DNA of 64,000 nucleotides from Amoebidium appalachense (taxonomy: Eukaryota; Protista; Ichthyosporea). The notes under the pieces were generated by a model. The model ran no database searches. It was not told the origin of the DNA and worked only from the letters and a program-made list of their open reading frames with translations. The stretch covers positions 2,914,001 through 2,978,000 of the forward strand of contig CAVNZM010000006.1 in NCBI GenBank assembly GCA_963693365.1. Direction: 5' to 3'. Both the position numbers and the translations under genes were made by a program. This document shows positions 11,892-35,880 of the stretch, in pieces (within the stretch, counting starts at the first letter, position 1; every line of letters starts with the position of its first letter).

Positions 11892-12249
11892 CTTTTTGAT
11901 TGTGATGCTACTGTGTAGCAGCGATAAATTGACAGAAGTGAAAGGAATAATCACTGCATCTCGAGTATGGCCTATGAATTTCTGCAAAAGGTAAGTGGAT
12001 GTAGTGTGATCGGCATGGTTGGCCCTGGTAAAAAACCTAATAGAAAGATCTCTAACCAAGTGTGTGTGTGTGTGATTGCTATTATCATAAACCTTGATCT
12101 ATGTTTCGCTTTACTGCTATTCCCTTGGTTTAGTCTAATTAGTGGACTTGGTTCGTTCAAGTTGTTGTGATGGTGTGGTTGTGTTCAGTCTGCTAGTGTG
12201 GTGCACACGTGAGGGCAAAAAAATGCTCAAATGCACTTGATCGGCGCAA

Positions 12250-12810
12250 TGGTTGGCGGAGCGTGGTTCACTTATTTCTGTAAAACAAAGCTGTCGGCCA
12301 ATGAAAGCGAAGAATCCGATTTAGGATAGAAAGGGGTGTTCAATGAGAGTACCCAAAATACAGTCACTACTTGACGTTTTATTGTTTGTAGACTGCTTTT
12401 TCTCTAATGTCGGCCCAATCAATAGCTCAAAAAATAATGGCAAATAGAATTGTATATACAGTTGATATTTATTGTTATAATCTGGATAAAGTACATTTTG
12501 TACGCACCATATAAATTGTAAGCATCCTGAAATTCTGATTTTCAGAAATACCCCATGACCATGGATGTATAGCGAGTTCCGAGCACTGACAGCCATGAGT
12601 CAGCAATGTGCAGTGCACAATACTCAGCAGCCGTCCGTCACACAGAGATATCAAAGTCAATATCAAGAGATAAATGGAAAAAAGATACTTCTTAAATTTC
12701 ATTTTGTGCATATAAAAACACTCTCTTGTATACAGTCAGAAGATAGTCGTTTGAAATGGCGCCAAAAGCAACCAATCATAATCAGTGAATGTCTGGACTA
12801 CCAATCATGA
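12250..12810. promoter_or_regulatory. Bidirectional promoter region with E2F-like, CHR-like and CCAAT elements upstream of MCM10
   Basis: TTTGAA (12750-12755) next to TGGCGCCAAAA (12757-12767). CCAAT at ~12298, ~12415, 12772 and 12801. Microsatellite-poor 1.3-kb interval between divergent start codons at 11891 and 13212. Confidence 0.5.
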
Positions 12811-13211
12811 TCGAGAGAATTTTCGCTCCTTTTTTGAGCTCACACAACGGTCGTCGACGCACGACTGCAACGCAGTTGACAACGCATACTCAGTCTCACG
12901 AGTCGTTCCGTCTTGTTTCGTCATCACAGTATATTTACTTAAGTGAACGAGAAGGAAAGGGACTAAATAACGAATAGGATAGTATAGATAAGTATAAATA
13001 GCTTGGCGTGTCTGCCGCTGGCTGTGTAGCTGCCTTTGGCTTGCGTCCTGTTACTTGCTACCAACGTGTCCGTAACATTTCTGGTTGCTGTAGGTTCTCT
13101 GGGCAGTCTCACGCAAGCTCTCCTATCGAGAAATAAAACGCACTGTAAATAGCGTACACCAGTATTATCCAAAAGTCAACCTAAGAAAAGGGACGCAGCA
13201 CCTTCGCAAAA

Positions 13212-24636
<11,425 letters not shown>

Positions 24637-24850
24637 AATTTCAAACGGCAACACTCCCAGCGCCGGCACTGGCAGTGAGAATCGTGGCAAGATTTGTGAA
24701 AAGTACAAGTCAAATAGTTGTCTAAAATTCAAAATGTTTGTGAAGGCAAAGGCATGTCTCACTCGTTATCGTAATATATGGCTATGATTTTTCCCGTATT
24801 ACACTACTGCTTTTGTTGTATTCTTTTGGCTCAAGTTAGTTCAATCACGT

Positions 24851-25143
24851 TACTGTACACGTGCTATACAGTGGAGATCTAATAAGTATAAGATGGCATC
24901 GTTTGCATGCCCAAACAACACACACACACACCAGTTTAAACGGTCATGTATCGCCAAATGTAGTTTGATAGACCACATAATACCGCAACACACACGCGTC
25001 ACATTCACAACAGACACCCAGAAAGATAGCCTACCTAAAAATTACAACATCCTTGATTTTATACTAAACACGCGAAACTACGACCTGTTTGTTTATTATT
25101 AGATGTATTGATTGGCTTGAGAAACACGTCATTACAAAATTCT

Positions 25144-25208
<65 letters not shown>

Positions 25209-25730
25209 CCAGCTGATACCGAGTGTCCCAGGGGAGCCGAGAAAAAAAAAAAAAAAAAAAAAAAAACCGGGGAACCCCAACTAATTGATTTTTCTTAGCT
25301 CTTTATGGTGTCTCGTAGAGAAAGTAAACCCTGATATATAATCATCACCCGACAGCTATGTACGTGATCATGATATACCGCTGAGGGGATATTCCGAGCA
25401 AAACCCCTGGGCCATACCTGAGACTGGTCTCTCTTTGCCTCGAGTAACAGCTCGGAGATCTCGGATCCTCCGGTACCATCTGAGGATGGTCCGGCTGCAT
25501 GATATACCTGCGCGGATGCCAGTCCGCGAATACATCGTCCAATAGGATTACAGATAGTCTCTCAGGATAGATCGGGATTATGTACTAGCCAATAGGAAGG
25601 CAGTTATGGTTCCTGGTGTATGCGGGCATTGCGGCCCCAGAAGTACGCGGGGGCGGGATAGGCGGGAACACGTAAGTACGTGACTGGGAAGAGCAGGAAT
25701 AAACAGATAGACTATTCTATCATAACACGC
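24851..25730 (+). mobile_element. 5'-truncated 3' fragment of the same non-LTR element as 1140-3190, with a longer 3' tail
   Basis: Aligns with 2508-3187 including (CA)n, ccagctgataccgagtgtcccagggg, the A-tract and downstream sequence. Continues with hairpin-rich sequence to AATAAA at 25698. The 3' boundary is uncertain. Confidence 0.85.
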
Positions 25731-25926
25731 TATGATCATAATAGTATGGCTTGATGAAAGGTGTTCCAAGTTAGTCCTGTTTGCTCAATAGTGATTGGCG
25801 GTCATGTGCATAATAGGTGTGATGGTGGCCTTTTGTCCGCATTTCAAGTTTGTACTGTTCTGTGATGACACACTGGGGCTGGGGTGAATGATGGGTAAGA
25901 ACGTATTAGACACAAGCACACACACG

Positions 25927-25975
<49 letters not shown>

Positions 25976-26152
25976 TTTTGAGTGTGTTAAAATATATATG
26001 CCACGGTGTCTTCAACGGCCTTAAACTTCTCTCCACCCTACCTATTACACCTATGTAGTACTGTAACCCCTAAATAATATGCACATGTGAGGGAACGCAA
26101 ACACTACACAAAATGAGTCATAGGGCAACTACTGTAGGGCAACCCAGACATT

Positions 26153-27698
26153 CTAAGCTCTAACCTCATGCTGCTTTCCTCCCCTATCCCCACGCCGACT
26201 CCAAACTCTCATCCTCCCATCTGAACTCAGTGCAGCACACGAGCCCCCACAGATCAGGACATGACTCAATACCACATCATCCCCCACATCACTGCCCAAA
26301 AGCCTCCACGTTACGCGCTCTTTAACCTGCACAGACTGGCCCAATACTGCAACAGAATACAAATTCACATCTCTCCCACTGAACGTGCGGATGATCGGAC
26401 TGGCAGAAATTGAAAGGAAGCCGTCTCCGCCCAAATTTTCAGCTGCAAATTCAATGGTAGTTAAACTCTGAGGCACAGCCACTGCGCCGGTTTCATCCCA
26501 CGACTGGTAGGAAACCTCCCAGACCCCAACAGGTGCGCCAATTCTTGGGCGCAACAGAGCGATGGTGAGCTGCTTGCCGGTGATAGCAATGACCTCTTCC
26601 TGCAACCCCTTAGGGCGATACGCTGCCTCGTAGAGGGGGACACCAGAGTGCATGTCAAACACCATGGCAAAACCATGTGTATCAAAGCCATACGTATACC
26701 CAATTGCAACAAACGCCTGATCGCTGTGAGTCCACAGCACTCTCAGGGCCCTGTTTGTTGCATCGAACTCTCTCCGCCACATGACTTCACCGGTAGATAT
26801 GTTCCTTGCAACAATAGCCTCGTCTCCGTCTGCATCGCGGCACAGCACAATCAGCCGTGTGGTGCCTGAAACAATAAAGTTCTGGATATGCGTGTCTTTA
26901 AAGAAAAAGGTGTGCTCACGAGAGCCGTCCACGGCATTGTAGAGGACTACGGCGCCGTCATTTCCCTTTCTGAACCGCAACCCCACAAAGCGCCCACTCG
27001 TGTCCATATTGGCACACTTGACCTTCCCCAACCTCTCATCGTGCATTGGGAAAGCACATACTCTTTGCCCGGTGTTGGTATCCCAAAGGATTGCGACATC
27101 ATCAGCATCAGGGTCCCTGTGAAGCGACATCAGAAGTCGATCTTCAGCCAAATAATACTCCGGAGCTGTGGTAGCGCGCCGTGGAATGAATTGGTAGTCG
27201 ATTAGCACACAACTGGTAGCCCCCGGAAACCAATCAAGAATCGATGGCTCTTTTTCCTCAGGCCAGGTCAGGCCGAAAAACATAAACTCCTCCTTCAGTC
27301 CCTCCCTCAGGTTCTCGTCGCTCGGGAACAGCGCATTGGCACCTTTCTTCCGCAGGAAACCGAGAACATACTCGAACAACACCGGGGACCGATCGATAAA
27401 CACCGTGCCGTCTTCGCGTGTCTGGATGGTGTGGCGGCCGCTGAACCAAGCGGCCAGCATGGAGCCTTGCACGGCACACAGTGTCTGCCGGGTGGTGGCA
27501 AAGTGGCGCCCCCCCACGTCCAGAACAATGCGGTCGCTGGCCTGTGCTGTCAGCTGCCGCACAGACTCGCACTCGGCAGCAAACAGTGCCCTGAAAAAAG
27601 GAAAAGGTTTAGCACGAACCACAGAGGTAAACAAAGTTTAAAAATAATGATACTAAAGGACACGTTCCTAACCGATGGGATAATTAGGGGGCAGGGAA

Positions 27699-27734
<36 letters not shown>

Positions 27735-30301
27735 GCAAAGAAGAAAGATTGAGAGGAAAAGGGCACCGGGAAGGAAGGGGGAGGGAGGGGACGGGAGGGG
27801 GGGGGGAGAAGAGGGAGGAAGGGAGGGAGGGAAGGGAGAGGCAGGGAGGAAAGGAAGGAGGTAAAGGAAAGGAGGAGCAGGATAAAGGGAGAGGCGAGGG
27901 GGGCAAAATAGCCGTCGAAACTGGAGCGGACGGTGAAAGCATTTCGGTGTGCAAATGTGTCTGTGTGCCAAATTGCAAGCCCGTGCAATGCAGAATGTTG
28001 GCGTCTTTCTTAGTCGCACCTTTGTTCTTCAACCATAATCACCCCCTCCACCCACTTTCCCGATCACCCCAGACCAAAAAAACCTGCACTTTCCACACAC
28101 ATACACTCACACATGCCCACACACACAGACACACAGCGGAGCTGAATACAATCATAAGCACAAACACACACACACACACACATCACACACAGAGAGAGAC
28201 CAGCCAGAAGGAGAGAAGGAAACTGAAGGTGGGTGTGTGTGTTTGTGTGTGGCGATTGGAAGAGAAGAGTGGGAGGGAGAGACTCGGAGCAAGGAGAAGA
28301 AGAGAGAAATAGCAAGGCAGTGAGGGAGCAAGACATGCCACAGCAGTGGAAGAGCACGAGGGGAGAGACTCGGGGGGGGGGGGGGGGGGGGAAGAGATAG
28401 AGAGAGAAGAGGCGAGGGAGGGGGGTTTGAATGCGGAACACGGTACGAAGTACGCATGCATGACGAGAAACATGGTGCAGGACACATGCAACGGCAAACA
28501 TTCAAGTATGCAACATCAGCCACGTGCACAGTGTGCGTCATAAGCAGAGCCCATCCTCAGGGAGGACCCAAGTCATCAATTGCGTCTGAGTTTCGACCCC
28601 TTAGCCCGCGTATATACGACGCTCCAACTCAGACAGCAGCATCAACTGAACTTGGGCGGGTCAACCCGTCTTGATCAAAGACGAGCAGGGTTGCTTATAC
28701 AAGCAAGGTGAGCAAAACGGTGAAGATGTGTGTGCAAACTAATGCAGTGCAGCGAAAAATGCTCATGTGCTTGCAGATGCACGACACAGAGCAACCATGC
28801 CCGGTTGCATGGAAGTAAAGCGGTCTCCACACAGTGGTCTGTCCTGAAAGGACACCTCTGAAAGAAGACTGGGGGGGTTTGAATGCGGAACACGGTACGA
28901 AGTACGCATGCATGACGAGAAACATGGTGCAGGACACATGCAACGGCAAACATTCAAGTATGCAACATCAGCCACGTGCACAGTGTGCGTCATAAGCAGA
29001 GCCCATCCTCAGGGAGGACCCAAGTCATCAATTGCGTCTGAGTTTCGACTCCTTAGCCCGCGTATATACGACGCTCCAACTCAGACAGCAGCATCAACTG
29101 AACTTGGGCGGGTCAACCCGTCTTGATCAAAGACGAGCAGGGTTGCTTATACAAGCAAGGTGAGCAAAACGGTGAAGATGTGTGTGCAAACTAATGCAGT
29201 GCAGCGAAAAATGCTCATAAGGGGGGGGGGAAAGAGATAGAGAGAGAGGAGGCGAGGGAGGGGGGGGGGGAAGAGATAGAGAGAGAGGGGGCGAGGGAGG
29301 GGGGGGGGGGAAGAGATAGAGAGAGAGGAGTCGAGGGAGGGGGGGGGGGGGGAAGAGAGAGAGAGAGAGAGGAGGCGAGGGAGGGGGGGGGAAGAGATAG
29401 AGAGAGAGGAGGCGAGGGAGGGGGGTGGGGGGGAAATAGAGAGAGAGGAGGTGAGGGAGGGGGGGGGGAGAGAGATAGAGAAGAGGCGAGGGAGGGGGGG
29501 GGGGAGAGATAGAGAGAGAAGAGGCGAGGGAGGGGGGCGGGATTGGGAAAGGGGATGAAACAAGGCGAGGGGGGGGGGGGGGGGAAGGGGGGGGCAGGGA
29601 GGAAAAAAGAGGACGGGACAGTGAGAAAGAGGGAGGGAGAGGAAAAAGGAGGGAGGGAGGGAGGGGGGAAGGGGGGTGAGAGGGGGCGGGGCGGAGGGGA
29701 GAGGGGGAGGGGGGGGGGGGGAGCAGGGAGGGAGGGAGCGAGAAGGAGAAACAGAGGAGAGGGTGGGAAGGGGAGTGAAACGGGCAGGGAGGGGGGGGGG
29801 GGGGGGGGGGGAGCGTGTGCATGTATGCGAGGGGGTAGAGAGAGAGGGAGAGAGGGGCGGCGGGGGGGGGGGGGGGGGGGGGGGGGAGAGGGAGAGAAGA
29901 GAGAGATAGAGAGAGAAAGAGAAAGAGAGAGAGGAAAAAGAGAGCGAGAGAGGGCGAGAGAGAGGGGGGGGGGGAGAGAGGGGGGAGGAGGGGGGGACAG
30001 AGAGAGAGAGAGAGGGCAAGAGAGAGGGGGGAGGGGGGGGGGGGGGAAGAGCGAGAGAGAGGGAAAGAGAGAGGCGGGGGGGGAGAGAGAGGGTGCGGGA
30101 GGGAGAGAGAAAGAGAGAGAAAGAGAGAGGGAGGGAGGGAGGGAGAGCGAGGGGGGGGGGGGGGGGGGGGGGGGGAGAGAGAGAGAGAGAGAAAGGGGGG
30201 GGGGGGGGGGAGGGGTATGCGCAAGACTGAGTGTTTGAAGGTGTTTGTGTGGCTGGGCTTGTGTATGTGTATGCGTGTGCGTGTTTGTGTGTGTCTGTGG
30301 A

Positions 30302-30340
<39 letters not shown>

Positions 30341-30514
30341 GACGTACCTGTCTGTCTCCAGCTGCTGCCTGTCTGCCTGCAGCCGGTCGGCCTCCGCCAC
30401 GAGCGCCTCCTTGCGGGCACACAGCTCGCGGGCGGCCTCACAGACTTGCGCAAACACAGCAGAGCTACTGCTGCGCAGCGCCTCGGTGGACGCCAAAAGC
30501 TCGCGGAGAAGCAT
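26153..30514 (-). CDS. Coiled-coil + KCTD-type BTB/POZ + WD40/PQQ-like beta-propeller protein, ~534 aa; exons 30514-30348 and 27590-26153
   Basis: Exon 1 MLLRELLASTEALR...ETDR, AG|GTACGT donor; TTTTCAG|G acceptor, phase 2 consistent. BTB motif IVLDVGGRHFATTRQTL..GSMLAAWFSGR..DG.VFIDRSP.LF.YVL.FLR. Blade-like repeats (ILWDTNTGQ, VLYNAVDGS, VARNISTGEVMW, VFDMHSGV, SSDGRMRVW). Confidence 0.88.
28421..29218 (-). mobile_element. Head-to-tail tandem (452-bp period, ~1.75 units) of the intronic structured repeat, sense to the BTB gene
   Basis: 28421-28872 repeats at 28873-29218; near-identical to 8425-8857; absent from the paralogous intron 33034-33889. Confidence 0.88.
29219..29540. repeat. ~30-bp purine-rich minisatellite (aagagatagagagaggaggcgagggaGn)
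   Basis: About 10 units. One further unit lies at 28391-28425, on the other side of the inserted element. Confidence 0.8.
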
Positions 30515-31121
30515 GAGGGGGATTGGGGGTGTTGGGTTTAGTAACCTGCACGGGGGTGCGTGTGAATGTGTGTTGTTTGTCCTTGTGTTTGTAAATGTAT
30601 TTCCAAAGTGTGTGAATGGGTGTATGGGCCCTCGCGCACACTTACCTGAGTGCTTGTACGTGTAGTTCAAGGAACAGGAGTGTTGGCGAGGCGGGCCAGG
30701 ACCCGGCCCGGCCCGCCGTTTTACACGCCTGAACCCTTGTTAGCCCCAAAACTGCCCTCATAGATCCATGGCCCTAGTACGATCTGAAAAGCTTCATCCA
30801 ATGAAAATCGTTATGGCTCCCAATTAGGAAGGTGGGTTTCGGGCCAAAAAATGTTCCAACCTGATCGCTTTGGCGGTCTGGGTCGAACGGGTACCGTAAA
30901 GAACCCGTTTTACGACCTTGACAGGATGAAGTTGATTGGCTTATTGGCTTACATAACGAAAAAATAAAGATATGTTCCTCTTTCCAGTTGCCGACCTTGT
31001 AGAAAGGTGTGTTGTTTGTTTGTGCGAGTATTTCGGTTTTTGCAATTGTTGTGTGAGAGTACTTCGGCTCTTTTTGCTATCTCTGCGAGCGTGTTTGGTT
31101 GTGGTTTTGCAGCGTGCGAAA

Positions 31122-31952
31122 ATGGCGGATAATTCGTTCACAGGTTCTCATCACGGTCGCACCTATGTTTTTCGGAGGGAAGATGCAGGAAGCTTCCAGT
31201 ACGACTGTTTTTTTCGAAGCATCGGTACCACACGTGCTGCTGCATGTGGGCAGGTTTTGCAAGCGGCTCAAAGCGATGAAGAAGTGCGTTCGCTTCTTGC
31301 ACCTGAAATCTTCGTGCATTTACTTGCCAACCACACCACTTTAGCTTCGGACCACCCCATGAAGTCGGTCCTTGAACGCTACGTTGCTCTCGACGGAGAA
31401 AGTACCCGGATAGAACAGTCCATATGGCAGCAAAAGTGGGGGAGGGACAACGGGAGGACACCATCACGTGGCGAAATTCGTGAGCTCTACAGAGAACAGG
31501 GCCGTCAGGAGGAAGGTGCACGTTTGGAGAATATGTATAGCAATCTGGACGCAACATGGAGTGAAGGGATTCGTGTATGTTCGCAGTATAGTGTGTGTGA
31601 AGACTATATTGCTGGAGTTGTTGGGCGTCCTTATTTTCAGGTGGAAGTGGCACGAAACGTTGGAACAGGGGAGAATGAGCGAACGCTTACAGGATTCGTA
31701 GATGCGCTTGCACGCACTTGCAACATGCGTGTGGCTGTGTGGGAAAAGGATGTCGTGGCAGGGCAACTTAAACAGCGCTTTCATACTGTTAACTTTTCTT
31801 CTAACACAAACCAAGAAAGACATGTTTTTTGGGATAGAGTATCCAGGGACTTGGGTCATTTCAAACTCGGAATACCAAAGGCTTGTGTATTCTTTACCGG
31901 CAGGCTGCAGGTGCACCATAAGTCCGACAGCACACCCACCGCATTAGTATAG
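31122..31952 (+). CDS. Intronless OTU-like cysteine protease (putative deubiquitinase), ~276 aa
   Basis: Complex-sequence ORF starting at aaaATGG. DAGSFQYDCFFRSIG resembles the OTU D-x(n)-C-(L/F)-F-R-S motif; GFVDALARTCNMRVAVW resembles the OTU helix-strand; HVFWD...LGHF supplies a terminal His motif. Family assignment is by motif resemblance only. Confidence 0.65.
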   Translation: MADNSFTGSHHGRTYVFRREDAGSFQYDCFFRSIGTTRAAACGQVLQAAQSDEEVRSLLAPEIFVHLLANHTTLASDHPMKSVLERYVALDGESTRIEQSIWQQKWGRDNGRTPSRGEIRELYREQGRQEEGARLENMYSNLDATWSEGIRVCSQYSVCEDYIAGVVGRPYFQVEVARNVGTGENERTLTGFVDALARTCNMRVAVWEKDVVAGQLKQRFHTVNFSSNTNQERHVFWDRVSRDLGHFKLGIPKACVFFTGRLQVHHKSDSTPTALV

Positions 31953-32063
31953 AAGGTTGCAACATTGTTATGTCATTCTATATATGGCACGTGTGAACAA
32001 GAGAAAATAAAAATAACAGCCATTCCGTTCACATACTGTATTATGCTTACTTTCTTCCACCGC

Positions 32064-32095
<32 letters not shown>

Positions 32096-32233
32096 ACACA
32101 CACACCCCTTCCCTCCCGACACACACACACACACCACATTCACCATGCCCTTAGAGACACACACACTGACATACACTCTCACAAACACACACACACACAG
32201 TACAACACATCATTACACACACTGTCGCACACC

Positions 32234-32284
<51 letters not shown>

Positions 32285-32866
32285 CATTACACAAACGTAC
32301 TTACCTTACACACACACACACACACACACACACACCTTACACACACATACACACACGTACACACACACACACACACCTTACACACACATACACACACGTA
32401 CACACACACACACACACGTTACACACTCACACACACCCACACACACACAGAGTGAGAGGTGAGAGAGAGGGGGCGATAGAGAGGTAATATATACAGAGAC
32501 TCACAATTATTATATAACCAAACAAATGATGCTTATATACCCCTGGGTCTCAAAGTGACTCTGGTATAGCTTTTGACCCCCGCCCGCCTCGCAATCTGCA
32601 TGCGAAGCTAATGCCCCAGTTGAACTATTCGCTCCAAAAACGAAAAAAAATATCTTGTCACTCATCTTGTCGTTCGGCCGCCCGAAACCTCGGGAATAAT
32701 TTCTATTCCCGAGGTTTTCAGGTTTCAGTTTTCACTACACCACACGCGCGCACGCACACCCGCTCACACACCTTGAAACTTGATACACTTACAAACACTA
32801 AGACAAACAACTCACCTTCACACGCGCCCCCTAAGAGGCCTACAAACACAACACACCCCATCCATC

Positions 32867-33262
32867 ATGCTTCTCCGCGAGCTTTTGGCGTCCACCGAGG
32901 CGCTGCGCAGCAGTGGCTCTGCTGTGTTTGCGCAAGTCTGTGAGGCCGCCCGCGAGCTGTGTGCCCGCGAGGATGCGCTGGTGGCGGAGACCAACCGGCT
33001 GTAGGCAGACAGGCAGCAGCTGCAGACAGACAGGCACGTCTCCCGCCTTCCCCCCCCTCCCCCCCCCTCCCCCCCCTGCATAGACACACAAAAACACGCA
33101 CACGCACAGGCACACGCACACCATTCGTCAACCCTGCCGCACAAACAATCTCAGAGAGAGAGAGCGAGGGAGGGAGGGAGGGAGGGAAGGGGGTTGCACA
33201 TGCACACCCACAATGACCTTCAGTTTCTTTCTCCTTCTGACTCTTGTCTCTCTGTGTGTCTG

Positions 33263-33303
<41 letters not shown>

Positions 33304-35314
33304 ATAGAAATCAGTTTGTGGAGTGTGGTGTGGGTGTGTGGGTGTGTGTGCGCGCGCGTGTGTGGTGGTCATGTGTGTAACGGTTTGTGTGTCAACAGTG
33401 CAGGTTTGTTTGGTGCTGAGGGTGAGAGGGAAAGTGGGTGGAGGAGGTGATTATGGTTGGAGGATTAAGAAACGACGAAGAAAGAACCCAACACTCTGCC
33501 TTGCACGGGCATGCAAAAGGCATACACAGACACATGTCCACATCCATGTGCTTTCACCGTCCCATAGAGTTTCGACAACTACTTCCCCCCCCTCTCCTCT
33601 TCCTAGTTCCTGCTCCTCCTTCCTTTTCCCCCCCCTCCTTGCGTCCCTGCCTCCCTCCTCTCTTCTTCTCTCTCCTCACATCTAAGACTTCCCCCTCGCC
33701 CCCTTTCCTTCCGCCCCCTTCCTGCCCGGTGCTCTTTTCCTCGCAATAATCTCTTATCTTTGCCCCCCTCCCCCTCCCCCCTCCCCCCTCCCCCTCCCCC
33801 TGCCCTCTAATCATCACATCCTTTAGGAACAGGAACAGGTACTTTGGTTATACTGGTTCTAAAGGCTCTCCCCCTTTTCCCTCTTGCAGGGCACTGTTTG
33901 CAGCCGAGCGCGAGCCTGTGCGGCAGCTGACTGCACAGGCCAGCGACCGCATAGTTCTGGACGTGGGGGGCCGCCACTTTGCCACCACCCGGCAGACACT
34001 ATGTGCCGTGCAAGGCTCCATGCTGGCCGCTTGGTTCAGCGGCCGCCACACCATCCAGACACGCGAAGACGGCACGGTGTTTATCGATCCGTCCCCAGTG
34101 CTGTTCGAGTACGTTCTCGATTTCCTGCGGAAGAAAGGCACGAATGCTCTGTTTCCGAGCGATGAGAACCTGAGGGAGGGACGGAAGGAGGAGTTTATGT
34201 TTTTCGGCCTGACCTGGCCTGAGAAAAACGAGCCATGGATTCTCGATTGGTTTCCTGGGGACACCAGTTGTGTGCTAATCGACCACCAATTCAATTCGGA
34301 AGTTATGGGCTGTTATTTAGCCCAAGATCGACTTCTGACGTCGTTTGAAATGGTCTTTGATGCAGATGATGTGGCGATCCTTTGGGATACCAACACCGGA
34401 AAAAGTTGTGCTCATTTTCTAGAGACGAAGAGAGTTTGGGGAAGGTTGAATGTGTCAACGTGGACATGAGCGGGCGTTTTGTGGTGTTCCAATACAGAAA
34501 GGAGGAGGATGAGACTGTAGTTCTCTGCAGTGCCCTAGACTGCTCTCGTGAGCACGTGTTTTTTTTCAAAGGCACCCATATCCAGAGTTTATTGTTGCAG
34601 GCAAAACACGGCTGATTGTGCGGTGTTAAGTTGAAGATGGAGGCAACACTATTGTTGCATGGAACATATCTACCGGCGAAATTATGTGGCGGAGACAGTT
34701 TGATGCAGCGAACAGGCCACCGACAGAGTTGTGGTGGGCTCACAGCAATGAGGCGTTTGTTGGAGTCGAGTATGTTCCACATCCGCTTGAAGCCTTTGTT
34801 ACCGTGTTTGACATGGAGCCTGGTCTCCCTCTCTACAAGACAACCTTTAACTGCTTGGTGTCCAGGAGTTGGGACTTTGCTGTCATTGGCAAGCAGCTCG
34901 CAATCGTTCTGTTGTACGAAAGAGATTACGGTACCGGGGTTTGGGAGCTTTCCTACCAGTCGTTCAATGAAACCGGCACAGTGGATGTGCCCCTCACCAC
35001 CATTGATTTTGTAGCTGAAGATTTAGATAGAGACAGCCGTGTGTTGCATCCCATCTCTGCCAGTCCGATGATCTGCACTTGCAATAGGAGAGATGTGAAT
35101 TTTCATCCTGTGGAGGTATTAGGCCAGTCTGTGCAGGTCAAAGAGCGTGTAACGTGGAGGCCTTTTGGCAGTGATGTGGAGGTCTGTGCGATTGAATGAA
35201 GTCAGGATCTGTGGGGCCTCCTATTCTGTAGTGACTCTGAGTTCAGATGGGACCTTGAAAGTTTGGAGTCGGCGTGGGGATAGGGGAAGAAAGCGGCAAC
35301 GAGTTGGAGCATAG
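32867..35314 (+). pseudogene. Pseudogenised inverted paralog of the BTB-propeller gene; exons 32867-33033 and 33890-35314
   Basis: Same exon 1 and BTB sequence as 26153-30514, but with an in-frame TAG at 33002 (CAG in paralog), donor GT>GC at 33034, frameshifts near 34400 and 34620, and TGA at 34613 and 35197. Confidence 0.88.
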
Positions 35315-35631
35315 AAAATTCTAGCTGCCTTATGGCTCCAGTAGTGTTTGTGTTCCCTAAGTGTGCATTTTAGTTATATACACACTATCCCAATACGACG
35401 TCTGTATATGAAGTTCAAGAAGTTCTACGGTTGAGTTTTAGATTTGGTATATCTCGTTAGATATCCGGTGAGGCTTATCTAATATTTCGACTATCTCGTA
35501 TCTGTGGCGATGTCGTACGTCGGATGCGATTTGAAATAGATTTTTGACATTAGAAGCTCCCAGTCGGCTATTCTCGTTCTGGTGTCCGTGCTCTCCCTTT
35601 GTCCACACACCCCACCCTGAGGCTCCCTTGC

Positions 35632-35662
<31 letters not shown>

Positions 35663-35823
35663 ACCCACCCACCATCACCACCACTACCACCACCACCACC
35701 AGAACCAACCAACCAACCCCCCAACAACGTTAGCACACACACACGTGCACGCACAAACACACACCGAGTCGCATATATGCATACATTTCATTATTCTCTT
35801 TCTTTCCTTTTCTTCCATTTAAA

Positions 35824-35880
<57 letters not shown>

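Noticed and set aside
30732-30891. Possible MITE with degenerate ACCC...GGGT inverted ends in the BTB/OTU promoter
   Set aside because: The inverted match is loose, with no TSD and a single copy here.
30972-31121. 50-aa N-terminal extension of the OTU-like ORF given by the track
   Set aside because: T/G-rich UTR-like sequence. The ATG at 31122 has the A-rich..ATGG context seen at other starts in the window.
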